Positions 30,185 to 39,065 of a stretch of 64,000 bases of DNA are shown here, piece after piece (the stretch's first letter is position 1; every line of letters begins with the position of its first letter). The stretch is from assembly GCA_043826355.1 (NCBI GenBank), contig JBDRQI010000030.1:32001-96000 (forward strand), given 5' to 3'. The position numbers were made by a program, and so were the translations under genes. The notes under the pieces were generated by a model. That model was not told the DNA's origin and made no database searches. It worked only from the letters and a program-made list of their open reading frames with translations. This DNA is from Candidatus Omnitrophota bacterium (GTDB lineage Bacteria > Ratteibacteria > UBA8468 > MWAK01).

Positions 30185-30508
30185 CTATTGTTTTAAATAA
30201 TTTTCCAGCAATCGGACGAGTTGCTCCCTGGGAATTACGCCGACCAGTCGTTCTTTTTCCTGGCCGTTGACGAAGAGAATCAGGGTAGGGATGCTCATTA
30301 CTCCAAATTTACCGGCCAGATTGGGGTTTTCGTCCACGTTCACCTTGCCTATTCTGGCCCGGCCTTCAAAATCCCGGGCAAGTTGTTTCAGGGTTGGGCC
30401 CAGCATCTGGCAGGGTCCGCACCATTGAGCCCAGAAGTCAACCAAAAACGGGAGGGTGTTTGTCATTATTTCCTGGTCAAAATTAGTTTCGTTTAATATT
30501 GTTTCCAT
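30185..30508 (-). CDS. trxA: Thioredoxin
   Basis: DFWAQWCGPC, SIPTL. Confidence 0.95.
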   Translation of the reverse strand: METILNETNFDQEIMTNTLPFLVDFWAQWCGPCQMLGPTLKQLARDFEGRARIGKVNVDENPNLAGKFGVMSIPTLILFVNGQEKERLVGVIPREQLVRLLENYLKQ

Positions 30509-31325
30509 CTGCCCTCCCGGTTGTTAGTTTATTGAAAGCCGTTTTAATTTCCTGCAGGGTTTTGTTCAGGTCGCCGCGGCCCCGCGTTTCAAAAGTTAAA
30601 AATGCCGGTCTTTTTCTGTCCAGGGCTTTCTTTCTGAAGTCGGGCCAGTCTATGGTTCCTTCAAATGGAACCAGGTGCCGGTCGACGGAATCGCAGGTGT
30701 CGGAAAGATGAAAAGAAATAATTTTATCCTTCAGTGTTTTCAGGACTGCTTCCAGAACGCCGGAAATGTGGGCGTGGCCCGTATCCAGGCAAATGCCGGT
30801 GTTGGGCAGTCCTTCAATCAGGAAAGAAAGGTCGGATGGATGCCAGCCGACCAGTCCGGGCAACATGTTTTCGGCTGCCAGGCATAACTTGTTTTCCAAT
30901 AGGGCCTGGTCCAGTTCAACCAGGCTTTTCCGGCTCTGGACTAATCTCAGCTTTTCTTCTTCGTTCCGGGATAATATCCCGCCGGGATGGATGATTACGG
31001 TTTCCGCTCCGGGCAGCCGGCGGAAAACGGAAACAGCCGTTTTTATTTCATTTACCGCTTCTTTTCGTAAACTCTCGTCAAGCGAGGAAATATCCAGAAT
31101 TTCGCTGAACGGCGCGTGCATGGTCCTGATTTTTATACCGAATTTTTCTAATTTGTCGGTAAGGCGGTTTGCGTAACCGTTTTCCCGATAGGGGAAGTGG
31201 TCTTCATTTCCAAAGTTAAACGCTCCCCACGCCTCCAGGTTTTTAATTGCGCTGTCGGCGAAGACCGGCAGCGCATCAAGAACGCTTTCTTTATTGCAGA
31301 TGAACGTGGAAACGCATATTTCCAT
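30483..31325 (-). CDS. Sugar-phosphate isomerase/epimerase (AP endonuclease 2 TIM barrel)
   Basis: HAPF, HPG, EN, LDTGH, HLSD, DRHL. Confidence 0.85.
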   Translation of the reverse strand: MEICVSTFICNKESVLDALPVFADSAIKNLEAWGAFNFGNEDHFPYRENGYANRLTDKLEKFGIKIRTMHAPFSEILDISSLDESLRKEAVNEIKTAVSVFRRLPGAETVIIHPGGILSRNEEEKLRLVQSRKSLVELDQALLENKLCLAAENMLPGLVGWHPSDLSFLIEGLPNTGICLDTGHAHISGVLEAVLKTLKDKIISFHLSDTCDSVDRHLVPFEGTIDWPDFRKKALDRKRPAFLTFETRGRGDLNKTLQEIKTAFNKLTTGRADGNNIKRN

Positions 31326-31865
31326 TTAAGGCGATTCGTTCGCGACCCCTAAGTAAGGCTCAACCATCTTCAGGAGTTCTTGCCGGTCTATGCCTCCGAT
31401 GCGCATATCCCGGATTATACCTTTGCGGTCTATTACAAAGGTGGTTGGGATTGACCTTACCCTTCCGTAGAGAGAAGAGACCCGACCCCCCTTGTCGTTG
31501 GCAACTGGATAATTAATCCGGTTTATCTTGCTGAATTCCTGCAAAGCGGCGTCTTTATCATTTACCCCTATCCCGATTATCACAACGCCCTTTTTTTCAA
31601 AATCACGGTAAAACTGGATAAATTCCGGAATTTCAGCCCGGCAGGGCGGGCACCACGTTGCCCAGAAGTTAAGGACGACCACTTTTCCTTTGAGAGCATC
31701 AAGGGAAATGGTTTTTTTGTCCAGCGAGATTATGGTAAAATTTTTTGCTTGGTTGCCGATCAAGCTGCCTTGAGCCGGCCGGAGCCCCGACATGAAAAAT
31801 GAACCAAGTATGACTAAGATAAAGATGCCCAGACCAATGAATTTCTTTTTCATTTCAGCCTCCAA
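31326..31865 (-). CDS. TlpA/ResA-like membrane-anchored thiol-disulfide oxidoreductase
   Basis: N-terminal TM, NFWATWCPPC, IPTTFVID. Confidence 0.92.
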   Translation of the reverse strand: MEAEMKKKFIGLGIFILVILGSFFMSGLRPAQGSLIGNQAKNFTIISLDKKTISLDALKGKVVVLNFWATWCPPCRAEIPEFIQFYRDFEKKGVVIIGIGVNDKDAALQEFSKINRINYPVANDKGGRVSSLYGRVRSIPTTFVIDRKGIIRDMRIGGIDRQELLKMVEPYLGVANESP

Positions 31866-31868
31866 TGT

Positions 31869-32606
31869 TTACCGTCCGCGTATCTGTACTTCCCGGAAGA
31901 AATGCTCCATCCTTTCCCGCAGTGCTTCCAGCCGTTCTTTCTCCCAGGATTTTTTAGCGGCAAATTCCGGGTTCAGGGTTGGGGCGGGAAAGAAATTTTG
32001 AATAACATAACGCCCGGGAAAGACGTCCTGATTTTTTCGTTCTTTACAAAATCGGCCGATTTCCAGAAAATCATCTTCACTTAAAAGATCCGGAACGATG
32101 GTAGTGCGTAACTCATATTCTACCCCCGAATCAGGTAGCAAGTCAATCGTCGTGATAACTTTTAAAAGGAACCGGTTGCAGGACGCAACGTCAATTCCGG
32201 CAACCCGGCCGTATTTTTCCGTTTGTAGCGGCGCTTTAATGTCAAGCGCAATGTAGGCTACCAGGTTCTGGTTTATCAATTTTTCCAGGATTTCCGGCTG
32301 CGAGCCGTTGGTATCCAGTTTCACCGGAAGTTTTTTGGCTTTTATTTTTATTAAAAAATCAATTAAGTCCGGTTGCAGGGTCGGTTCGCCGCCCGTGACA
32401 ACCAGCCCATCAAGAAAATCTTTTTCATTCTGCAGATGATTTAAAATTTCTGTTTCCGAAAAAGAAGGCAGTGACGGTTGGTTCAAGACCAGGTTGACAT
32501 TGTAACAGAATGGACAGCGAAAATTGCAGCCGGGTGTCCAGATTACCGCCGCTACTTTCCCGGGATAATCGATAAAGGAAGTTTGGGCAAATCCCTTAAT
32601 TTCCAT
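31869..32606 (-). CDS. nrdG: Anaerobic ribonucleotide reductase activase-like radical SAM
   Basis: SFIDYPG, CNFRCPFC, TGGEPT, KLDTNG, ELRTT. Confidence 0.8.
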   Translation of the reverse strand: MEIKGFAQTSFIDYPGKVAAVIWTPGCNFRCPFCYNVNLVLNQPSLPSFSETEILNHLQNEKDFLDGLVVTGGEPTLQPDLIDFLIKIKAKKLPVKLDTNGSQPEILEKLINQNLVAYIALDIKAPLQTEKYGRVAGIDVASCNRFLLKVITTIDLLPDSGVEYELRTTIVPDLLSEDDFLEIGRFCKERKNQDVFPGRYVIQNFFPAPTLNPEFAAKKSWEKERLEALRERMEHFFREVQIRGR

Positions 32607-32624
32607 TATTCGTTTGCCTCCTAA

Positions 32625-32846
32625 TCAGTGCCGGCAGGAATTGCAGGAACCGGAGCGGCAACCGGCGCAGGAAGACCCTCCGGACGCAGCGGATGCTGAA
32701 TTACCACGACCAATGGAAAAAGGCAAGAACTCTTTTTTTGCTTTACCGCGGCATTCGGGGCAGGATTCCGGCTCTTCTTTGGACATCCTTACCAGTTTCT
32801 CGAAACTAATTCCGCAACCTTCACAACAATAGCAGTATATTGGCAT
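32625..32846 (-). CDS. FmdB-family zinc-ribbon protein with Cys-rich tail
   Basis: MPIY.Y.C..CG..FE...CPEC; SCAGC..GSC.SC. Confidence 0.88.
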   Translation of the reverse strand: MPIYCYCCEGCGISFEKLVRMSKEEPESCPECRGKAKKEFLPFSIGRGNSASAASGGSSCAGCRSGSCNSCRH

Positions 32847-32851
32847 TTTAT

Positions 32852-33181
32852 TTATTTTTTAACCTTGGCTTTGACTTTTTTGTCCTTATTTCCCTTGCCT
32901 TTTCTGGTTACCCGTCTTCTTATTGTTAGATGCATGATAGGAAGTTCCGGTTGAAATTCGCTCTCCAATAACTGCATGATTCTGGAATGGAGTTCGTTCG
33001 GAACCGGCAACAGCGGAAGGTCTTGGCAAAGCGCAATCGTTTTGCGGAAAGTTTCTAAAACGACCGCACATTCCGGACAGTCGTCAAGGTGTTCTTCCAG
33101 CGACTGACTTAGGCGCGTATCAATTTCACCTTCCAGGTAAGCGGAGAACGAAGTCCGGTAACGACGGCATATGATAAGCAT
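32852..33181 (-). CDS. Soluble zinc-finger (zf-HC2/ZAS) anti-sigma factor
   Basis: SAYLEGE, HLDDCPEC; follows ECF sigma; Lys-rich tail. Confidence 0.85.
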   Translation of the reverse strand: MLIICRRYRTSFSAYLEGEIDTRLSQSLEEHLDDCPECAVVLETFRKTIALCQDLPLLPVPNELHSRIMQLLESEFQPELPIMHLTIRRRVTRKGKGNKDKKVKAKVKK

Positions 33182-33199
33182 GTTTAGGCAATTTTATCG

Positions 33200-33808
33200 T
33201 TAAGCAACCCCATGTCTCTTTAGATGTTGAAAGTAATGCGATAGTTTCTCCCGGAGCAGTGAACGGCTGCGGTGGAGCCGCGTTTTGACCGCCGATTCGC
33301 TGATTTTTAGTATCCGGGCGACCTCCTTGACCGGCAGGTCTTCTATTTCGTAAAGAACGAATGGTGTCCGGTAAATATCCGGCAGCCCCTTAATCTTCTT
33401 TTCCAGTAGTTCCCTTAATTCGGTATTGGCCAGAGAAGCAGCCGGGTTGTGGGACCAGTCCGTAATTTCAAAAGGTTGTTTTTTTCCGTTGTCTTCCCGG
33501 ACGGTTGTCATTGCCTCCAGAGAAACCGGCGCTTTTTTCCCTTTACGTAGTTTCAGGAGGCAGAGGTTGATGGCAATTCGGTAAAACCAGGTGCCGAAAT
33601 TGGAACGGCCGGAAAATTTCGGCATGGCCTGGAAAGCTCTGATAGACGCTTCTTGCAGAATGTCAGCCGCGTCGGAACGGTTTCCCAGAATCCGGTAGGC
33701 TGAGCTATAGGTCCTGGCCTCATATTTTTTGAGCAGTATTTCGAAAGCTTCCCGGTCTCCTTTTTTGGCTCTGGAAACCAGTTTTATCTCTTTCTTTTCC
33801 ATATTCAA
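33200..33808 (-). CDS. ECF RNA polymerase sigma factor
   Basis: GDREAF, DAADILQE, TWFYRIAIN, EVARIL..SESAVKTRLHR; start TTG 33808 or ATG 33802. Confidence 0.93.
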   Translation of the reverse strand: MNMEKKEIKLVSRAKKGDREAFEILLKKYEARTYSSAYRILGNRSDAADILQEASIRAFQAMPKFSGRSNFGTWFYRIAINLCLLKLRKGKKAPVSLEAMTTVREDNGKKQPFEITDWSHNPAASLANTELRELLEKKIKGLPDIYRTPFVLYEIEDLPVKEVARILKISESAVKTRLHRSRSLLREKLSHYFQHLKRHGVA

Positions 33809-33813
33809 AGCAG

Positions 33814-33888
33814 TCGGGGCGACTGGATTCGAACCAGCGACCTCTTAGTCCCGAACCAAGCGCTCTAACCAGGCTGAGCTACGCCCCG
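33814..33888 (-). tRNA. tRNA-Pro(CGG), CCA not encoded
   Basis: CGGGGCGTAGCTCAGCCTGGTTAGAGC...TTCGGGA...GGTTCGAATCC...CGCCCCGA. Confidence 0.95.
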
Positions 33889-34100
33889 AAAGCAAACTAA
33901 CCTGCTTCATCTTTAATCCCGTTGTCCAAACTGCAATATACACGGGATGAATCTTCTATCCTCGGGAATCGGGGCTCCGCTTTTAGGGAAGGGCGATTCC
34001 CTTCCCTAATCTTCCATCCCCAAGACTAAGACGAGAAAGGGCTGCGCCCCTTCTCTCATCCCTTCAGCCCGCCTCCGGCGGGTTGCGCTACGCCCCGAAA
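33878..34100. repeat. 14-bp direct repeat of the tRNA-Pro 5' end flanking a hairpin-rich spacer
   Basis: GCTACGCCCCGAAA at 33878-33891 and 34087-34100. Confidence 0.6.
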
Positions 34101-34102
34101 AT

Positions 34103-36007
34103 TCACTGGGGTTGAATAATGCGCTCTTCGGTTATTATTTTATCAATTTTCGCGTCTTTTGCCAAATAGGGTATTTTTTCTTTCAGGACCTGGAAATCAT
34201 AGGCGAGCGCAATTTTTTTGATCGTCGGAGATAATTGGCGGAGAAACCGGTCGTAATATCCGCCGCCGAACCCGATGCGGCCGCCGGTTTCGTCAAATGC
34301 GATTCCGGGCATGATGACCAGTTCAATTCCAGAGGCCGGTAACAGTCTGCAATCTTCATTTGGTTCCGGAATTCCGTAGGTGCCGTTCGATAGGTCGGAC
34401 AGGTCTTTTACCAGGTAGAAGGTGAGCAACCGGGTGCGGATATTGGTTTTGGGCAACCCGATTTTTTTACCCGCGATTAACGCCTCTTTGATTAAATTCA
34501 TGGTGTTTACTTCATTCCGGAAGGAGGCGTACAGAGCGATTACCTTTGCTTTCTGGAAGTCCGGGTCTTGCAGGACGCACTTCTTGATGCGTTCGCTTCG
34601 CGCGGTAACTTCTTTTTCCGGGAGGGCTTCCCGTTTTTTGCGGGCGGCAAACCGCATTTCCATTTTTTGGTCCAGCGCTTTTTTGAGTTCTTTCAGATTT
34701 TCCATCCTAATTTTAATCTCCTTTTCCTTCCCTTCTTCCGTGGGGAAGTAATAACGTCGTTCTTCTGAAATATATGCCTGGGGCACGAAGTGGCCGGGGA
34801 ACTGGTGCGGATATTTATAGCCCTGGCCCCGGCCCAGGGTTTTGGCTCCTTGATAACTGCCGACACGCAGGTAGGCGGGTGTGGGCAGGATTTTTCCCTC
34901 CCGGACGTCTTCTGTGGCCTTTTCCAGCGCCAGGTAAGCGGCGTTACTCTTCGGGGCGCAGGCAAGGTAGGTGGTTGCCTGGGCAAGCGGGATTCTTGCT
35001 TCCGGCATCCCGATGAAATCGGTTGCCTGGAAGGCGCTGACTGCAATCGGGAGCGCGGCCGGGTCGGCGTTGCCGATATCTTCGGATGCCAGAATCACCA
35101 GGCGCCTGGCGATGAAACGCGGGTCTTCGCCGCCTTCCAGCATCTTAGCCAGATAGTATGTCGCCGCATCCGGGTCAGAACCCCGCATGCTCTTGATGAA
35201 AGCCGAGATGGTGTCAAAATGCTCGTCTTCAACCCGGTCATAACGGATTATTTTTTTGGCCGTAACTTCCCGGGCGATGTTTTGGTTAATGCGGATTATG
35301 CCTTTGGAATCGGCCGGGGTGGTCAAGACCGCTAATTCCAGAGAATTAAGCGCCCGCCTGGCGTCGCCTTCCGCGGATTTTACCAGGTGTTGGAAAGCGT
35401 CATCAATAATGTCTGCCCGGTAATTACCCAATCCGGATTCTTTATCGGCCAGCGCCCGTTTGAGAATCACGGCAATCTCCTGGTCGGTGAGCGCTTTCAG
35501 TTCAAAGACCTGGGACCGGGAGAGCAGGGGGGTATTAAGGGCGAAGAAAGGGTTGTGGGTGGTTGCGCCGACCAAAACGATATTTCCCTCTTCCACGTCT
35601 TCCGTGAAGGCGTCCTGCTGGGCCTTGTTGAAGCGGTGGATTTCATCCACAAAGAGGATGGTTTTACGGTTAAGTCTTTGCTTTCTTTCCCTGGCTCCAG
35701 AAAGTACCTGGCGGATATCTACGACGCCGGCGGTTACCGCATTCAGCCGTTCAAAGATGCCCCGGGTGTGGTTGGCGATTATATGGGCCAGGGTGGTTTT
35801 ACCGGTTCCCGGCGGACCAAAAATAATGATGGAGGCAACCCGGTCGGAGAGGATGGCCCGGGAAAGGAGTTTACCCTCGCCTAAAATCTCCTCCTGGCCT
35901 ACGAACTCATCCAGGGTTTGCGGACGCATCCGGAGGGATAGCGGCGCTTCTTTAAGGTCTTTTTTTTCTGCTTCGGGAAAGAGAGTAACCATGCGTGGCA
36001 AACCCAT
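34103..36007 (-). CDS. rarA: RarA/MgsA AAA+ ATPase fused to 5-formyltetrahydrofolate cyclo-ligase (YgfA)
   Basis: MRP..LDEFVGQ, GPPGTGKTT, DEIHRFNK, SAFIKSMRGSD, EDIGNADP; then EV.T, GIPEP, PGIAFD..G.RIGFGGGYYDR. Confidence 0.92.
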   Translation of the reverse strand: MGLPRMVTLFPEAEKKDLKEAPLSLRMRPQTLDEFVGQEEILGEGKLLSRAILSDRVASIIIFGPPGTGKTTLAHIIANHTRGIFERLNAVTAGVVDIRQVLSGARERKQRLNRKTILFVDEIHRFNKAQQDAFTEDVEEGNIVLVGATTHNPFFALNTPLLSRSQVFELKALTDQEIAVILKRALADKESGLGNYRADIIDDAFQHLVKSAEGDARRALNSLELAVLTTPADSKGIIRINQNIAREVTAKKIIRYDRVEDEHFDTISAFIKSMRGSDPDAATYYLAKMLEGGEDPRFIARRLVILASEDIGNADPAALPIAVSAFQATDFIGMPEARIPLAQATTYLACAPKSNAAYLALEKATEDVREGKILPTPAYLRVGSYQGAKTLGRGQGYKYPHQFPGHFVPQAYISEERRYYFPTEEGKEKEIKIRMENLKELKKALDQKMEMRFAARKKREALPEKEVTARSERIKKCVLQDPDFQKAKVIALYASFRNEVNTMNLIKEALIAGKKIGLPKTNIRTRLLTFYLVKDLSDLSNGTYGIPEPNEDCRLLPASGIELVIMPGIAFDETGGRIGFGGGYYDRFLRQLSPTIKKIALAYDFQVLKEKIPYLAKDAKIDKIITEERIIQPQ

Positions 36008-36012
36008 ATAAA

Positions 36013-36187
36013 AAAATCCCGTCCTGCCGTTGGAGTAAATCCTCTGAACCCTTCCAATAAGTGGGTGTCATCGCAAGGCGCTTTCCACTTCCCCTTTTCA
36101 GGGGCGTGAGGTCTGCGCCTTAATCCTGACTCCCGAGAGAAGAGTGTTGGCTCAGGAAAAAACTCCTGGCGCACAGGACAGGATTTT
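36013..36187 (-). ncRNA. ssrS: 6S RNA
   Basis: About 175 nt with paired ends (AAAATCCTGTCCTG/CAGGACGGGATTTT), GAGCC..GGGAG..ACCCAC..GGGTTCA blocks; upstream of a ygfA domain. Confidence 0.85.
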
Positions 36188-36207
36188 ATATTTTTGCGTC
36201 CTATTCA

Positions 36208-36236
36208 ATTTTATACCTCTTTAAACCCAGTGTCAA
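36208..36236 (-). promoter_or_regulatory. Sigma70 promoter of ssrS
   Basis: TTGACA-17-TAAAAT. Confidence 0.85.
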
Positions 36237-36270
36237 TAGATTAGTAATTTTGTAAAAACCCACCCCAAGG

Positions 36271-36279
36271 TGGTATCAT
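36271..36279 (+). promoter_or_regulatory. Extended -10 promoter, leaderless
   Basis: TGGTATCAT 7 nt before ATG 36287; no SD. Confidence 0.55.
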
Positions 36280-36286
36280 TATAAGC

Positions 36287-36832
36287 ATGTGCCGGATAAT
36301 TTTAGGTGGAAGCGGAGGCCAGGGCATCGTTACCCTGAGCAAACTTTTGGCGATTGCCGGGATGAACGAGGGCAGGGCGATAAGTTGTTATCCGATTTAC
36401 GGAGCCGAGATGCGCGGCGGCTATACTTTTGCCACCGTTCTTATTTCGGAAACCGAAATTTCTTCCCCCATCGTTTCTGAGGCTGACCTGGGTATCTTTC
36501 TGGACCCGTTTGCTTACGAATACCTGGGAAAGATGATGGCGGAAAAAGGTGTGTTTGTTATCAATGCTGACCTGGTTAAAGCGAAGGCGGAAAAGAGGCG
36601 ATTGTTTTCGATTTCGGCTGATGCGGTCGCCCGGAAGGTGGGCGACCAGAAAGCCGCCAATATGGTCGTGGCCGGATTTCTGGCCAGAAGAGTTGCGGAA
36701 TGCCCTGGTTTAATCCATCCTTTTCCGGCCTTGAAAAGTTTGAAAGAAGCGCTGCCGTCGGTTTTGCCGGGCAAACCGGGTGCTGTTGCGCTCAGCGAAA
36801 AAGCGCTCCTTTCCGGATACCAGACCATTTAA
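36287..36832 (+). CDS. 2-oxoacid:ferredoxin oxidoreductase gamma subunit (stand-alone)
   Basis: GSGGQG, YGAEMRGG, ISSP, NMVVAG. Confidence 0.88.
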   Translation: MCRIILGGSGGQGIVTLSKLLAIAGMNEGRAISCYPIYGAEMRGGYTFATVLISETEISSPIVSEADLGIFLDPFAYEYLGKMMAEKGVFVINADLVKAKAEKRRLFSISADAVARKVGDQKAANMVVAGFLARRVAECPGLIHPFPALKSLKEALPSVLPGKPGAVALSEKALLSGYQTI

Positions 36833-36848
36833 AAAACCCGAAAATTTT

Positions 36849-37040
36849 GTCATTCCCGTATGTTTCCGACGGGAATGATATTAGTGCGACCCTTTCAGGG
36901 TCGCCAATCAGCGAGGCTGAAAGCCTCACACTACGAAAACGCAGATTCCCGCTTACTCGCCTGGGTCGCCAGACCTCGGCGAAGCCTGGGCTCGTCTGGA
37001 CGAAGTCTGGCCGACCTGACCGGCTATCCGCGGGAATGAC
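36849..37040. repeat. Nested cluster of palindromic repeats (ATTCCC..GGGAAT arms and GTAG-like pair)
   Basis: GTCATTCCCG..CGGGAATGAT; GCGACCCT..AGGGTCGC..CTAC; AGATTCCCGC[insert]GCGGGAATGAC. Confidence 0.8.
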
Positions 37041-37060
37041 AGCATAGAGAGGTATTCGTC

Positions 37061-39061
37061 GTGGCTAAATACTGTTCCGTTGTTTTCCCTCTTTCCACCC
37101 GCCAGGTCTTCTCTTATCAGACCGGAGAATTTTCCGGGACAATCAAGGTTGGTCAGCGGGTCTCTGTCCCGTTCGGAAGGCGCAAGGCTATTGGTTTTGT
37201 GGTTGAACTTTCCGACCGGCTGCCCGATGTGCCCAACCTCAAAACGGTGAGCCGGCTGGTTGATGAGCAGCCCCTTATTTCGGACGAGGTCTTATCCCTG
37301 GCCAAATGGATGACCGATTATTACTGTGCTCCCCTGGGCGAGGTTCTGCGATTTGTTTTAACCGCTTCGGTCCGGCCGCCGAAAAGAGAACCGGCTGAGG
37401 AAGAGGTTTTCTACCAGGGAATTCTGACCGGCGTGGCGCAGCAGGTTGCCACACCGGAACAGAAAGAAGTCCTGGAGGGTTTGAAGGTTCTCCTGACTGC
37501 GCCGGAGAAACGAACTGTTTTACTACAGGGAGTGGCGGCCAGCGGTAAGACGGAAATCTACCTCCAGTTAGCCGCTTTTGCGGCTGACGCCGGCGGGCAG
37601 GCCCTCATCCTGGTCCCGGAAGTCGTGCTGGTTCCGCAAACCGAAGAATGGGCCCGGGAACGGTTCGGAGACCGGGTGGCGGTTCTGCACGGACGGCTGA
37701 CGCCGGCGGAGCATTACCGGCTTCTGCGTAAAGCAAAAGAGGGAAAAGTTTCCGTTCTGCTCGGTACGCGTTCCGCACTCTTTGCCTCCCTGCCTGATTT
37801 GAGGCTGATTGTGCTGGACGAAGAGTTTGACCGTTCTTACAAAGAGACCCGGACTCCGCGTTACCACGCCCGGGATGTGGCAGTTAAAAGAGGCGAGATT
37901 GAGGGCGCCCTGGTCGTTCTGGGAAGCGCCACGCCTTCGCTTGAGGTTTATCAGGCCGCGAAAGAAGGCAGATATGCCTATTTTTCCCTTAAGGAACGTA
38001 TCGTCAAAAATCTTTCCTTTCCCGAAATCCGTATTTCCGATTTGCGTCTTTCCGGGACTGTCGCCCAAAAGAGGCGGCGGCCGATAATTTCTTCAGGCCT
38101 GCGCACTCTGCTGGAGGAAAGGCTGCTGAAGGGAGAGCAGTCGATTATCTTCATCAACCGCCGTGGCCATTCCACCTATCTTTTCTGCGAAGACTGCGGT
38201 TATCTTTTTATTTGCCCGGATTGTGCGGTTACGCTGGTGTACCACCACACCACCGGAGAACTTTACTGCCATTACTGCGGTTACCGGAAAGACCAGCCGA
38301 CGGACTGTCCGGACTGTAACCGGAGCCGGCTGGGCCGGTCCGGAGTCGGCACCCAGTTGGTAGAGAAGGAACTGAACCGGTTCTTTCCGGATAACCGCAT
38401 CCTGCGTCTTGATTCCGATGCGCTTAATCGGAAGGAAGGCCTTGATTCAGCGCTGGCTTTTCGCGACGGAAAATACCAGATTCTGGTAGGCACCCAGTTA
38501 GTTACCAAAGGTCACCATTTTCCCCTGGTTACCCTGGTTGGCGTTTTAGGGTCGGATGTCCTGCTTAACCTGCCCGATTTCCGCGCGGCTGAGCGTTCGT
38601 TCCAGCTTCTTTGCCAGGTTGCCGGACGCGCCGGACGGAACCTGCCCAACGCCGAGGTCTACATCCAGACCTATTATCCGGACCATTATGTTTTCTCAAA
38701 TCTTCCCGGATTTAAGTTTGAGGAATTTTACGAAAAGGAACTTTTCTTTCGGAAAGAAGCCGGTTACCCTCCTTTCGGTTTCCTGGCTAATATTCTTTTT
38801 ACCGGAAAACGCGAGGAGACGGTTCTTCGGAAATCCGGAGAATGGGCTGACTTGGCGAATGGAATGGCAGAGGAGATGGAATTGGAAGTACTGGGGCCGG
38901 CCGCTTGTTTCCATAAGAAGATGCGGCAATTGTACCGTCGTCATCTTATCCTGAAGTCCGCAAAACCGGGCCGGATTCAGGAGTTCCTCCGGTCATTGCC
39001 GGACAAGCAGATTTTTGATAAAGGGGTTACGGTTGATATTGACCCGGTTGATTTATTTTAA
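37061..39061 (+). CDS. priA: Primosomal protein N'
   Basis: VPFG, SGKTEIY, GTRSA, SATPS, four CxxC, QVAGRAGR, DIDP. Confidence 0.96.
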   Translation: MAKYCSVVFPLSTRQVFSYQTGEFSGTIKVGQRVSVPFGRRKAIGFVVELSDRLPDVPNLKTVSRLVDEQPLISDEVLSLAKWMTDYYCAPLGEVLRFVLTASVRPPKREPAEEEVFYQGILTGVAQQVATPEQKEVLEGLKVLLTAPEKRTVLLQGVAASGKTEIYLQLAAFAADAGGQALILVPEVVLVPQTEEWARERFGDRVAVLHGRLTPAEHYRLLRKAKEGKVSVLLGTRSALFASLPDLRLIVLDEEFDRSYKETRTPRYHARDVAVKRGEIEGALVVLGSATPSLEVYQAAKEGRYAYFSLKERIVKNLSFPEIRISDLRLSGTVAQKRRRPIISSGLRTLLEERLLKGEQSIIFINRRGHSTYLFCEDCGYLFICPDCAVTLVYHHTTGELYCHYCGYRKDQPTDCPDCNRSRLGRSGVGTQLVEKELNRFFPDNRILRLDSDALNRKEGLDSALAFRDGKYQILVGTQLVTKGHHFPLVTLVGVLGSDVLLNLPDFRAAERSFQLLCQVAGRAGRNLPNAEVYIQTYYPDHYVFSNLPGFKFEEFYEKELFFRKEAGYPPFGFLANILFTGKREETVLRKSGEWADLANGMAEEMELEVLGPAACFHKKMRQLYRRHLILKSAKPGRIQEFLRSLPDKQIFDKGVTVDIDPVDLF

Positions 39062-39065
39062 ATTC

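Noticed and set aside
36700..37047. 115-aa ORF between the gamma subunit and priA
   Set aside because: Translation of palindromic repeats, overlapping a real gene.
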